DNA of 64,000 nucleotides from an uncultured Chloroflexia bacterium. Its GTDB lineage: Bacteria > Chloroflexota > Limnocylindria > Limnocylindrales > CSP1-4. Shown in pieces: positions 53,498 to 61,448 of the stretch; positions within the stretch are counted from its first letter, which is position 1; each line of letters opens with the position of its first letter. The notes below the pieces were generated by a model, which was not told where the DNA came from, did not search any database, and saw only the letters and a program-made list of their open reading frames with translations. A program made the position numbers and the translations under genes. Where the stretch lies: NCBI GenBank assembly GCA_963745405.1, contig CAVUWY010000002.1, forward strand, positions 1,045,013-1,109,012. Direction: 5' to 3'.

Positions 53498-55153
53498 GTG
53501 CGTACCCCCCTGCTGCTTTTCGCGTACGCGCTGGTCGTCCGGGCGATCCTCATCGCGCTCTATCCGGACCCCGCCTACCCCGATTCCTATTACTACGTCG
53601 ACGTCGCGCGGGCCCTCCACGCGGGCCAGGGATTCAACGTCGACTTCATCTGGGCCTTCGTCGAGACGGGCGGCAAGCTGCCCGCCGATCCCCACCTGCC
53701 CATCCCGAGCAACGCCCACTGGCTGCCGCTCGCCTCGATCGTCCAGGTGCCCTTCCTGGCGATCTTCGGGACCTCGCCGGTGGCCTCGCAGATCCCGTTC
53801 GCGATCATCGGCGCGACGGTCGCCCCTCTGACCTGGGCGATCGCCAACGACGCGGGCGCGCGCCGCTCGGTCGCCATCGGGGCGGCGCTCATGACGGCCA
53901 TCCCGGCCGCCTCGACCGTCTTCATGGGCCAGCCCGACAACTTCTCGCTCTACCAGCCGATCGGGGCGGCGGCGCTGTGGATGGGCGCCCGCGCCCTGCG
54001 CGGGGATCGGCGGGCCTTCGCCCTCGGCGGTCTCCTCGTGGGCCTCGCCTCGCTCGCCCGCAACGATGGCGTCCTCATCGGCCTCGCCCTGGCCATCGTC
54101 TTCTTCTGGGACCGCTGGCGGGCCTGGCGGGAGCGGCAAGCCGGCGGCGACCGCCGGCCGGTGATCGGCTGGGGTCAGGCTGTCGCCTGCTTCGGCCTGT
54201 TCCTCGTCGCCGTCGGACCGTGGTGGATCCGCCAGCTGGCAGTCTTCGGCAGCATCTCGCCCTCGACGTCGTCGGGCCGGATCCTCTTCATCCGGACGAT
54301 CACGGACATGAACAGCATCACCACCCCGGCGACGCTCCAGAGCTTCCTCGGCCAGGGCATCGGGCCGCTCCTCGAGAGCCGGATCCTCGGCTTCGTCGCG
54401 GCCGTCGGCAACTACGTGATCATCGTCCTGTCGTTCGTGCTCACCCCATTCCTCTTCATCGGGGCCTGGGCCCGGCGTCGGTCGATCGATTACCGGGTCT
54501 TCTTCATCTATTCGGCTCTCCTGTTCGCCGCGGCCGGCCTCTTCTTCGCCATCCACGTCCCCCTCGGGATGTTCCTCCACTCGGCGGTCGCCCTCGTCCC
54601 CCACACGTACATCCTCGTCCTCGAGGGTGTCGTGGCCGCGGTCGCCTGGATGGCCGCCCGCCGCCCGAAGTGGAACCAGGACGAGGCGACCCGCTTCTTC
54701 CTCGGCGCCACGGTCGGAGTGACGATCCTCACCGGCGTGCTCGGCACGTGGAAGGTCCAGGAGGAGTGGGGCAAGGAGCGCCACGACCGCCAGGAGCTGA
54801 ACGCGGCGATGAACCGGCTCGGCATCGGCATGAACGAGCTCGTCATGAGCGGCGACGCGTCGGGCACGAAGTACTTCACCGGGCGCGGCGGCGTCGTCAC
54901 CGTCAGCGACCCGATCGACGTGGTCGGGCAGGTCGGGGCGGCCTACGGCATCCGCTGGCTCGTCCTCGAGCGCGACCACATCGTCGACTCGCTCGGACCG
55001 GTCCTCGGGGGGAAGTCGCGGCCGTCGTGGATCGGGCCGCCGGTCTGGTCGCTCGACGAGACGCCGCCCGAGAACGCCGACGACACCTACCCTGACATCG
55101 CCCTCTACCCGACCTGCTTCGAGCCGGGTGACACACGGTGCGCGGCCCCGTGA
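53498..55153 (+). CDS. GT-C fold membrane glycosyltransferase (PMT_2/ArnT, GT39/GT83-like)
   Basis: Listed 551-aa ORF with an N-terminal ...YPDSYYYVDVARALHAGQGF... loop, many TM segments and a soluble C-terminal domain. It is a paralogue of the next gene. Confidence 0.82.
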   Translation: MRTPLLLFAYALVVRAILIALYPDPAYPDSYYYVDVARALHAGQGFNVDFIWAFVETGGKLPADPHLPIPSNAHWLPLASIVQVPFLAIFGTSPVASQIPFAIIGATVAPLTWAIANDAGARRSVAIGAALMTAIPAASTVFMGQPDNFSLYQPIGAAALWMGARALRGDRRAFALGGLLVGLASLARNDGVLIGLALAIVFFWDRWRAWRERQAGGDRRPVIGWGQAVACFGLFLVAVGPWWIRQLAVFGSISPSTSSGRILFIRTITDMNSITTPATLQSFLGQGIGPLLESRILGFVAAVGNYVIIVLSFVLTPFLFIGAWARRRSIDYRVFFIYSALLFAAAGLFFAIHVPLGMFLHSAVALVPHTYILVLEGVVAAVAWMAARRPKWNQDEATRFFLGATVGVTILTGVLGTWKVQEEWGKERHDRQELNAAMNRLGIGMNELVMSGDASGTKYFTGRGGVVTVSDPIDVVGQVGAAYGIRWLVLERDHIVDSLGPVLGGKSRPSWIGPPVWSLDETPPENADDTYPDIALYPTCFEPGDTRCAAP

Positions 55154-56811
55154 CCCGCCGCGAAGCGTGGCTGAGCGCCGGCGGGCTATTCCTCCTCGCC
55201 CTCGTGATCCGTTCGCTCATCGCCTCGACCATCCCGTTCCCGACGCCCGAGGACACTGCCTATTACTACGGTGTCGCCCGCAACGTCGTCGAGGGCCGCG
55301 GCCTCGTGTCCGACGCCATATGGAGCTACGGCACGCCGCCACTCGTCTTCCCCCGGCCGGCCTTCGAGGTCTGGCTGCCGCTGCCGACCCTGCTCGCGAT
55401 CATCCCGATGACGATCCTTGGCACGGGCTTCCACGCGGCCCAGGTGACGACCGTCATCCTCGGCTCGCTGGTCCCCGTCCTCGCCTGGCGGATCGCCGCC
55501 GATCTCGCCGTCGAACTCGAGATGCCGGTCGGGCGCGCCCGGACGCTTGCCGTCGGGTCGGGGGTGACGGCGGCCGTCTCCCTGCCGCTCCTCCTCCACG
55601 GCGTCCTGCCCGACTCGACGACGCCGTATACCGTCTTCTCCCTTGCCGCGTGCCTGCTCATGGTCCGCCTCATCCGGGAGCTGCGCGGCGCGCGGGCCCT
55701 CGACCGCCGCCTGATCGGTCTGGGCGTCCTCTTCGGCCTGGCGGCGCTGACCCGCAATGAAGTCGTCTGGCTCGGCCTGACCTGGGTCGCGGTCGCCTGG
55801 TGGGGTGCCCGCCGGATGTCGCCGTCGTGGCGATCGACCCTGCTCCGGCTCGTCGGGGTACCGGCTGTCGTGGGCCTGGCGATCCTCAGCCCGTGGCTCA
55901 TCCGCGACTGGATCGTCTTCGGAAGCCCGCTGCCGGGCCAGGCGGCGACCAACGCCCTGTCGATCACCGGCTTCGACATCTTCGCCTACGCCGATCCGCC
56001 GACCCTGTCGCGCTACCTCGCCCAGGGACCCGCCTTCCTGGTCTCGAGCCGGATCGACGGCTTGATCCACAACCTCTTCTCGGTCCTCCTCGTGCCGAGC
56101 TTCCCGGTCGGCCTCGTCGGCCTCGTCTCGCTCGTCGCGGTCCGCCGGGTCGGGACGGCCCGATCGCTGCGGCCGCTCGTCCTCCTGTCGGTACTCACGT
56201 TCACGGCGACGACCCTCCTCTTCCCGGTCGCGACGACCTGGGGGACGTTCCTCCACGCCTCGGGTCCGATCCAGGTCCTCCTCATCGTCGGCTGCCTGGC
56301 CGGCCTCGATGCGTTCATCGTCCGGGTCGGGGTGCTGCGGGGCTGGACGAAGCCGGTCGCCTGGCTCGGCCCGACTCTCACGGTCGCGACCTCGGTCCTG
56401 TTCAGCTTCGCGATCCTCGGCTACGCCCAGCAGTCCCGCGACGTGCAGGAGCGCTACGCCGCCCTCGGGCCGGCGCTGACCGCCGCCGGGCTGAGCCAGG
56501 ACGAGATCGACGCACCCGTCATCGCCGACTTCCCGATCTGGTACGCGGAAGGGATGCGCCACTCGTCGCTCGCGCTGCCCGATGAGCCGCCGTCCGACGT
56601 GATCTCCCTGGCCCAGCGATTCGGGGCCCGCCTCCTCGTGCTCAGCGCGGACGGCCACGGTAGCTGGCCGGCCGTGATCGACGCCGGTCCGACCGGCGCC
56701 GGCGGCCCGGCCGCGGCCTGTTTCCACGAGGTGCACCTGACGCCACCGGCCGATCCGGTCGCCCGCGACGCGCTGTCCGGCACCCGGGTATTCCGGATCG
56801 CCTGCTCGTGA
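55138..56811 (+). CDS. GT-C fold membrane glycosyltransferase (PMT_2/ArnT, GT39/GT83-like)
   Basis: Listed 557-aa ORF with ...PEDTAYYYGVARNVVEGRGL.... It overlaps the preceding paralogue by 16 nt. Confidence 0.82.
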   Translation: MRGPVTRREAWLSAGGLFLLALVIRSLIASTIPFPTPEDTAYYYGVARNVVEGRGLVSDAIWSYGTPPLVFPRPAFEVWLPLPTLLAIIPMTILGTGFHAAQVTTVILGSLVPVLAWRIAADLAVELEMPVGRARTLAVGSGVTAAVSLPLLLHGVLPDSTTPYTVFSLAACLLMVRLIRELRGARALDRRLIGLGVLFGLAALTRNEVVWLGLTWVAVAWWGARRMSPSWRSTLLRLVGVPAVVGLAILSPWLIRDWIVFGSPLPGQAATNALSITGFDIFAYADPPTLSRYLAQGPAFLVSSRIDGLIHNLFSVLLVPSFPVGLVGLVSLVAVRRVGTARSLRPLVLLSVLTFTATTLLFPVATTWGTFLHASGPIQVLLIVGCLAGLDAFIVRVGVLRGWTKPVAWLGPTLTVATSVLFSFAILGYAQQSRDVQERYAALGPALTAAGLSQDEIDAPVIADFPIWYAEGMRHSSLALPDEPPSDVISLAQRFGARLLVLSADGHGSWPAVIDAGPTGAGGPAAACFHEVHLTPPADPVARDALSGTRVFRIACS

Positions 56812-57908
56812 ACGACGATGGTCCGCCCATGAACGACCCGCGCTCGAGCGCTGATGCCCGCGTCGGGGCCCTCACGGCCGATGCCTATACTCGGGAGGTG
56901 GTGGACATCGCCCCTGCCGACGCCGATGGTCGCGACAACCGCTTCGACGGGCTCCATGCCGAGGCGAAGGCAGTCCTCGGCCGATCCGCGAACGATCTGC
57001 GCGCGGTCCGCGACCGCTACCGCGAGGCCTATCACGAGGAGCTCGCCCGCTGGCAGGCCGGCCGCGACGAACTCGACAGCACGGAGCCGGACCTCTCGCC
57101 TCGAGGTGACGAAGAGGCGGGTGAGCTCGGCCTCCACCAGTCGGAGCTCTCGAAGCTCGAGCTCACCCAGCGGAGCCTCGAGAACATGTGGCTGTTCCTC
57201 GAACGGGGCGACGCGAGCCTCATCGGCGGTCCGGCCGAGCCGACCTTCCCGGGCGACGTCCAGATGCGCATCGTCGAGGCCCAGGAGGCCGAGCGGGGGC
57301 GGCTGGCCCAGGAGGTCCACGACGGGCCGGCCCAGGCGCTCAGCAACGCCATCTTCCAGGTCGAGTACATCGAGCGCGTGCTCGACCAGGACGTGCGGAT
57401 GGCCCGGACCGAGCTCCGCTTCCTGCGCGACCTCCTCCGCCGCGAGCTCGGCGACGTGCGGACCTTCATCACCCAGCTGCGGCCGCCGGTCCTCGACCAG
57501 CTCGGCCTGGATGGGGCGATCGCCGACACGGCAGCGACGACGACGGCCCTGAGCGGCCTGCCCATCGAGACCGACCTCGAGGCGCCGGCCGATCGGCTGG
57601 CCGAGGCGGAACAGACGGTCGTCCTGCGCGTGGTGCAGGAAGCCCTGCAGAATGTACGGAAACACGCGGCGGCCACACGAGTGACCGTCTCGAGCCGGAT
57701 GTCCGGCGCCGACTGGATCCTGGAGGTACGTGACGATGGCCGTGGCTTCGATGCGGGGGCGGTCGCTGCCCGCGGCCGCCGGAATTTCGGACTCCAGTTC
57801 ATGAGGGAACGGGCGGCGTTGATCGGGGCCCGTCTCGAAGTACGATCGCGTCCCGCCGGGGGCACGGTCGTGGTCCTCGCGGTCCCGACCGGAGAGGAGA
57901 GAGGATGA
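56808..57908 (+). CDS. cytoplasmic sensor histidine kinase (HisKA_3, DegS-like)
   Basis: GTGA overlap with the upstream gene. The H-box is EVHDGPAQALSN, the N-box is QEALQNVRKH, G1 is VRDDGRGFD, and G2 is GLQFMRERAALIGA. No TM segment is present. Confidence 0.88.
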   Translation: MNDDGPPMNDPRSSADARVGALTADAYTREVVDIAPADADGRDNRFDGLHAEAKAVLGRSANDLRAVRDRYREAYHEELARWQAGRDELDSTEPDLSPRGDEEAGELGLHQSELSKLELTQRSLENMWLFLERGDASLIGGPAEPTFPGDVQMRIVEAQEAERGRLAQEVHDGPAQALSNAIFQVEYIERVLDQDVRMARTELRFLRDLLRRELGDVRTFITQLRPPVLDQLGLDGAIADTAATTTALSGLPIETDLEAPADRLAEAEQTVVLRVVQEALQNVRKHAAATRVTVSSRMSGADWILEVRDDGRGFDAGAVAARGRRNFGLQFMRERAALIGARLEVRSRPAGGTVVVLAVPTGEERG

Positions 57909-58651
57909 GCGCGATGGATTACGGCGGCCCGGAGCGACGGCGCGGGGGTCCAGACCGGCGAGCGGCCGGCGAGAAGACACGGATCCTCATCGTCGACGAC
58001 CATGCCCTGTTCCGGGTGGGCATCCGCAACATCCTCGAGAAGGAGGACGACTTCGACGTCGTCGGCGAGGCCGATGACAGCCGCAGCGCCTTCGACATCG
58101 CGGTCGAGACCTCGCCCGACATCATCCTCATGGACCTCTCGCTGCCGCCCCCCGGCGGGATCGAGACGACCTCGCGGATCAAGCGCGAGCTGCCGAGCTC
58201 GGCGATCATCGTGCTGGCCGTCAGCGAGGACGAGGATGCCCTGTTCGACGCGATCAAGGCCGGTGCCGCCGCGTTCATCCTCAAGGACGTCGGCCCCGAC
58301 GACCTCGTCACGATCGTTCGGCGCGTCTTCCTCGGCGAATACCTCATCAACGACAAGGTCTTCGCCAAGCCGGCGGTCGCCTCGCGGGTACTCAAGGAGT
58401 TCCGTGAGCTGGCCGTCTACGGTCAGGAGGCCGCCCCGATCTTCGCCCCGCTGTCGCCCCGCGAGGTCGAGATCCTCGACAACATCGCCCAGGGCATGAC
58501 CAACAAGCAGGTCGCCTACGCGCTGTCCATCAGCGAGCAGACGGTCAAGAACCACATGTCGAGCATCCTCCGCAAGCTGTCGGTGAACGACCGGACGCAG
58601 GCCGTCGTGTACGCCATGCGCCAGGGCTGGATCCGCATGCCGGAGGACTGA
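57905..58651 (+). CDS. NarL/LuxR-family response regulator (DegU-like)
   Basis: ATGA overlap with the kinase. The REC domain reads ILIVDDH...IILMDLSLP, and the C-terminal HTH reads LSPREVEILDNIAQGMTNKQVAYALSISEQTVKNHM. Confidence 0.92.
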   Translation: MSAMDYGGPERRRGGPDRRAAGEKTRILIVDDHALFRVGIRNILEKEDDFDVVGEADDSRSAFDIAVETSPDIILMDLSLPPPGGIETTSRIKRELPSSAIIVLAVSEDEDALFDAIKAGAAAFILKDVGPDDLVTIVRRVFLGEYLINDKVFAKPAVASRVLKEFRELAVYGQEAAPIFAPLSPREVEILDNIAQGMTNKQVAYALSISEQTVKNHMSSILRKLSVNDRTQAVVYAMRQGWIRMPED

Positions 58652-58679
58652 TCGACCCGGCCCTCCGACCCGCGAGCCG

Positions 58680-59954
58680 ATGACCGAATCCGTCGAGACC
58701 GCACCGTCCGCCGCCCCGCCGTCGCCTGCCGACGTCCGCTCCGCGGTCGGGCGCGACCTCGAGGCCCTCGACCGCGAACTCGCGGAGATCGAACTGCTGG
58801 CCGAGCAGGCGCGCGACGAATCCGGGCGCCACGAGGCGAAGCGCCAGGTCGCCGCCGATCAGCTGGCCGCCCTCGGCCGGGCGACGGCGCCCGACCCGGC
58901 GATGGTCACCGAGCTCAACGCCCAGCTCCTCGAGCTGACGCGGCGGGCCGCCCTCATGTCGGCCCAGGTCGAGGTCCTCGACGGCAAGACGAAGGTGCTC
59001 CATCGCTATCGCGACGGGCTCGCCACGATCGAGGCCGACCTCGGCGCCGGCCTCGCCGCCGGCGGGGCTCGAGCGCTCGGGCCCGGGACGAGCGGCCCGG
59101 ACGGTGGGCCCGCCGACGGCCAGGCCCCGTTCGGCGACGAATCAGGGGTGTCGCGGGTCGTGCTCGCCGCCCAGGAGGACCTCCGCCGCGAGATCGCCCG
59201 GGCGATGCACGACGGCCCGGCGCAGAGCCTGACCAACATCGTCCTGCAGGCCCAGATCGTCGACCGGCTCGTCGCCCGTGACCCGACCCTCGCCCGGGTC
59301 GAGGTCCACCAGCTCGTGCAGATGGTCCAGCAGACGCTCGAAGCGACGAAGTCGTTCATCTTCGACGTCCGTCCGATGGTCCTCGACGACCTCGGGCTCG
59401 TCCCGACGCTCCGCCGGGCGGCCCGCGACCGCGGCCAGCGGGCGGGCGTGCCGGTCGAATTCGCCTCGCTCGGACCGGACCGGCGGCTGCCGATGGATCT
59501 CGAGAGCGGCCTCTTCCGGCTCATCGACGAAGCCCTCGTCGCGTTCCTCGGCTCGGGACCCGGCCGGGTCGTCATCGAGCTCGACTGGAGCGACCATCTC
59601 GACGCGTCGGTGGCGGTCCGCGAGGCGCTCCCCGAGCTGGTCGGCGCCGAGGGTGGCGGCGAGCCGGTCGCCGAGGGCGCGGCGGTCGTGCGCTCGCGCG
59701 ACAGCGGCCGGCGCGGCCGCGGCGTGCCCGAGGAGATGCCGGCGGCCCTGGCAGCGATGATCGAGGACCGCCGGGTGGACGCCTCGGCCGCGGCGGAACA
59801 GGCCCGCCGGGACCGGCTCGGGGCGTTGCCGGCGGCGATCTGGCGGGAGATCGAGAGCCGGGCCGCGGTGCTCGGCATCGGGGCGGAACTGCTCGAGGAA
59901 GGGACCGCCCTGCGACTGGTGGCCCGGCTGCCGGCCGTCGTCGAGGCGGGCTGA
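58680..59954 (+). CDS. DegS-like protein with H-box but degenerate ATP-binding domain (pseudo-kinase candidate)
   Basis: It has a coiled-coil N-terminus and the H-box AMHDGPAQSLTN. The positions of the N- and G1-boxes read IDEALVAFLGSG and WSDHLDASV. About 90 aa are inserted before a G2-like WREIESRAAVLGIGAEL. Confidence 0.7.
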   Translation: MTESVETAPSAAPPSPADVRSAVGRDLEALDRELAEIELLAEQARDESGRHEAKRQVAADQLAALGRATAPDPAMVTELNAQLLELTRRAALMSAQVEVLDGKTKVLHRYRDGLATIEADLGAGLAAGGARALGPGTSGPDGGPADGQAPFGDESGVSRVVLAAQEDLRREIARAMHDGPAQSLTNIVLQAQIVDRLVARDPTLARVEVHQLVQMVQQTLEATKSFIFDVRPMVLDDLGLVPTLRRAARDRGQRAGVPVEFASLGPDRRLPMDLESGLFRLIDEALVAFLGSGPGRVVIELDWSDHLDASVAVREALPELVGAEGGGEPVAEGAAVVRSRDSGRRGRGVPEEMPAALAAMIEDRRVDASAAAEQARRDRLGALPAAIWREIESRAAVLGIGAELLEEGTALRLVARLPAVVEAG

Positions 59955-59960
59955 GAAGTC

Positions 59961-60119
59961 GTGGCCGGTCGGCGTGGTTCTCTCGGTCAGGGGATCGTCG
60001 AGTACGGGATCATCCTGAGCGGGATGGCCGCCGTGGCCGCCGTGATCCTCCTGCTCTTCCCCGAAACGGTGGCCCAGCTCCTCGGGCTCATCGGGACCGC
60101 CATCGATAGTGCCAGATAG
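59961..60119 (+). CDS. divergent Flp-family pilin (52 aa), not in ORF track
   Basis: The GTG at 59961 lies 6 nt after the preceding stop. VAGRRGSLGQG/IVEYGIILSGMAAVAAVILLLF... carries the G-x4-EY prepilin-peptidase-type motif and a hydrophobic helix. Confidence 0.6.
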   Translation: MAGRRGSLGQGIVEYGIILSGMAAVAAVILLLFPETVAQLLGLIGTAIDSAR

Positions 60120-60223
60120 CACGCTGGTACCAAAATCCTACATCGCGCACCACGGATCCACTCGTATATTCAGGCCCGCCCTCACCTGAGAGGCGACAGC
60201 ACTCATCCAGGAGGCCAAACTAG

Positions 60224-60394
60224 ATGGCACTCGTCAATGCGTTCCTCGCCTCGCTGCAGAGCGACGAGGAAGGCCAGGGTCTCGCCGAGTACGCGCTGAT
60301 CCTCGCCCTCATCGCGATCGTCGCGATCATCGCCCTCATCTTCCTGGGCGGCCAGGTCAGCAAGATCCTCAGCAACGTCGGCAACTCGGTCTAG
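60224..60394 (+). CDS. flp: Flp family type IVb pilin
   Basis: CAGGAGG lies upstream of the ATG. MALVNAFLASLQSDEEGQG/LAEYALILALIAIVAIIALIFLGG... (56 aa). Confidence 0.88.
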   Translation: MALVNAFLASLQSDEEGQGLAEYALILALIAIVAIIALIFLGGQVSKILSNVGNSV

Positions 60395-60430
60395 CTCCCT
60401 CGACCGGGCGCACCGGTTCAGAAACGTCGG

Positions 60431-60455
60431 ACGCCCGGGCCAGCGGCCCGGGCGT
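60431..60455 (+). terminator. hairpin terminator after flp copy 1
   Basis: ACGCCCGGGCC-agc-GGCCCGGGCGT is a perfect 11-bp stem followed by a T-containing tail. Confidence 0.6.
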
Positions 60456-60514
60456 TCGTCTACCCCCGGTGCGCCGACGCATCGGGCTCCGGTCCCGATA
60501 GGGATCGGTGCGTA

Positions 60515-60543
60515 TTGACACCATCCGGGCCGCTCCGTACCGT
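60515..60543 (+). promoter_or_regulatory. candidate promoter of flp copy 2
   Basis: TTGACA (60515-60520), a 17-nt spacer, then TACCGT (60538-60543). Confidence 0.5.
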
Positions 60544-60617
60544 GGCGCGGCCCACCGCCCACCTCGCTTCCCATTTCGACATGGGAGGACTCCTGAGGAA
60601 AGGAGGTAACCGACAAG

Positions 60618-60788
60618 ATGGTTCTCATCTCATCGTTCATCGCATCGCTTCGGCGCGACGATGAAGGACAGGGTCTCGCCGAATATGCACTCATCCTCGC
60701 CCTGATCGCGATCATCGCGATCATCGCCCTGATCTTCCTGGGGGGCCAGGTGAGCAAGATCCTCAGCGCAGTCGGTAACTCCGTCTAG
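60618..60788 (+). CDS. flp: Flp family type IVb pilin
   Basis: AAGGAGG lies upstream of the ATG. MVLISSFIASLRRDDEGQG/LAEYALILALIAIIAIIALIFLGG... (56 aa). Confidence 0.88.
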   Translation: MVLISSFIASLRRDDEGQGLAEYALILALIAIIAIIALIFLGGQVSKILSAVGNSV

Positions 60789-60807
60789 CGCTCAGACAGC
60801 GACTCTC

Positions 60808-60840
60808 GACGACCGTCCGGGCAGAGCTCGGGCGGTCGTC
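60808..60840 (+). terminator. hairpin terminator after flp copy 2
   Basis: GACGACCGTCCG...CGGGCGGTCGTC forms a 12-bp stem with one G-U pair. Confidence 0.55.
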
Positions 60841-60903
60841 CTGGTCTCGACGCCGGCCGACGCGCAGTGCGTCGGACCCGCGGGACGACCTCTCCCGGGC
60901 GCC

Positions 60904-60932
60904 TTGACACGTTCGGAGCAGGTCCCTAGTGT
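60904..60932 (+). promoter_or_regulatory. candidate promoter of flp copy 3
   Basis: TTGACA (60904-60909), a 17-nt spacer, then TAGTGT (60927-60932). Confidence 0.5.
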
Positions 60933-61034
60933 GACCCGGCCATCGGAGCCGGACCCCGACGCTCAGCGTGGAGGGCCCGGCGGACCCACGAGGTGGGACC
61001 CGATGGACTCTTGATGAAAGGAGGTAAACAAGTC

Positions 61035-61205
61035 GTGGCTTTCTTTTCTGCTCTCATCGCTTCCCTCAAGACTGACGAGGAAGGCCAGGGTCTCGCCGAG
61101 TACGCGCTGATCCTCGCCCTCATCGCGATCGTCGCGATCATCGCCCTCATCTTCCTGGGCGGCCAGGTCAGCAAGATCCTCAGCAACGTCGGCAACTCGG
61201 TCTAG
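61035..61205 (+). CDS. flp: Flp family type IVb pilin
   Basis: The GTG at 61035 lies 9 nt after AAGGAGG, inside listed ORF 60993..61205. VAFFSALIASLKTDEEGQG/LAEYALILALIAIVAIIALIFLGG... (56 aa). Confidence 0.88.
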   Translation: MAFFSALIASLKTDEEGQGLAEYALILALIAIVAIIALIFLGGQVSKILSNVGNSV

Positions 61206-61253
61206 CACCGATGCCTTCGGGCGGCGTCAACGGCGCCGTCAGCGCTTCAGTGG

Positions 61254-61284
61254 CGACGGCCCTTCCCTCGGGAGGGCCGTCGCG
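61254..61284 (+). terminator. hairpin terminator after flp copy 3
   Basis: GCGACGGCCCT(t)CCC-tc-GGGAGGGCCGTCGC forms a stem of about 14 bp. Confidence 0.6.
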
Positions 61285-61448
61285 ATTCGGTCCCGACGCC
61301 CGTCTGCCAGGACCCTCCGGACGGAGCACGGGAGTACCCGGTTTTCATGCCAATTCTTCCTAATGGTCCTAGCCCTTTGGTATAGTCGCGCCGCCTTTGG
61401 GCGGTGCTACAGTGGTGCCACCTGTCACACGGCTGGGGAGTACAAAAC

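Noticed and set aside
60203-61208. Minus-strand ORFs (184, 89 and 81 aa) across the flp genes
   Set aside because: They are antisense mirrors of the three Flp pilin genes, which have SD sequences, processing motifs and their own terminators.
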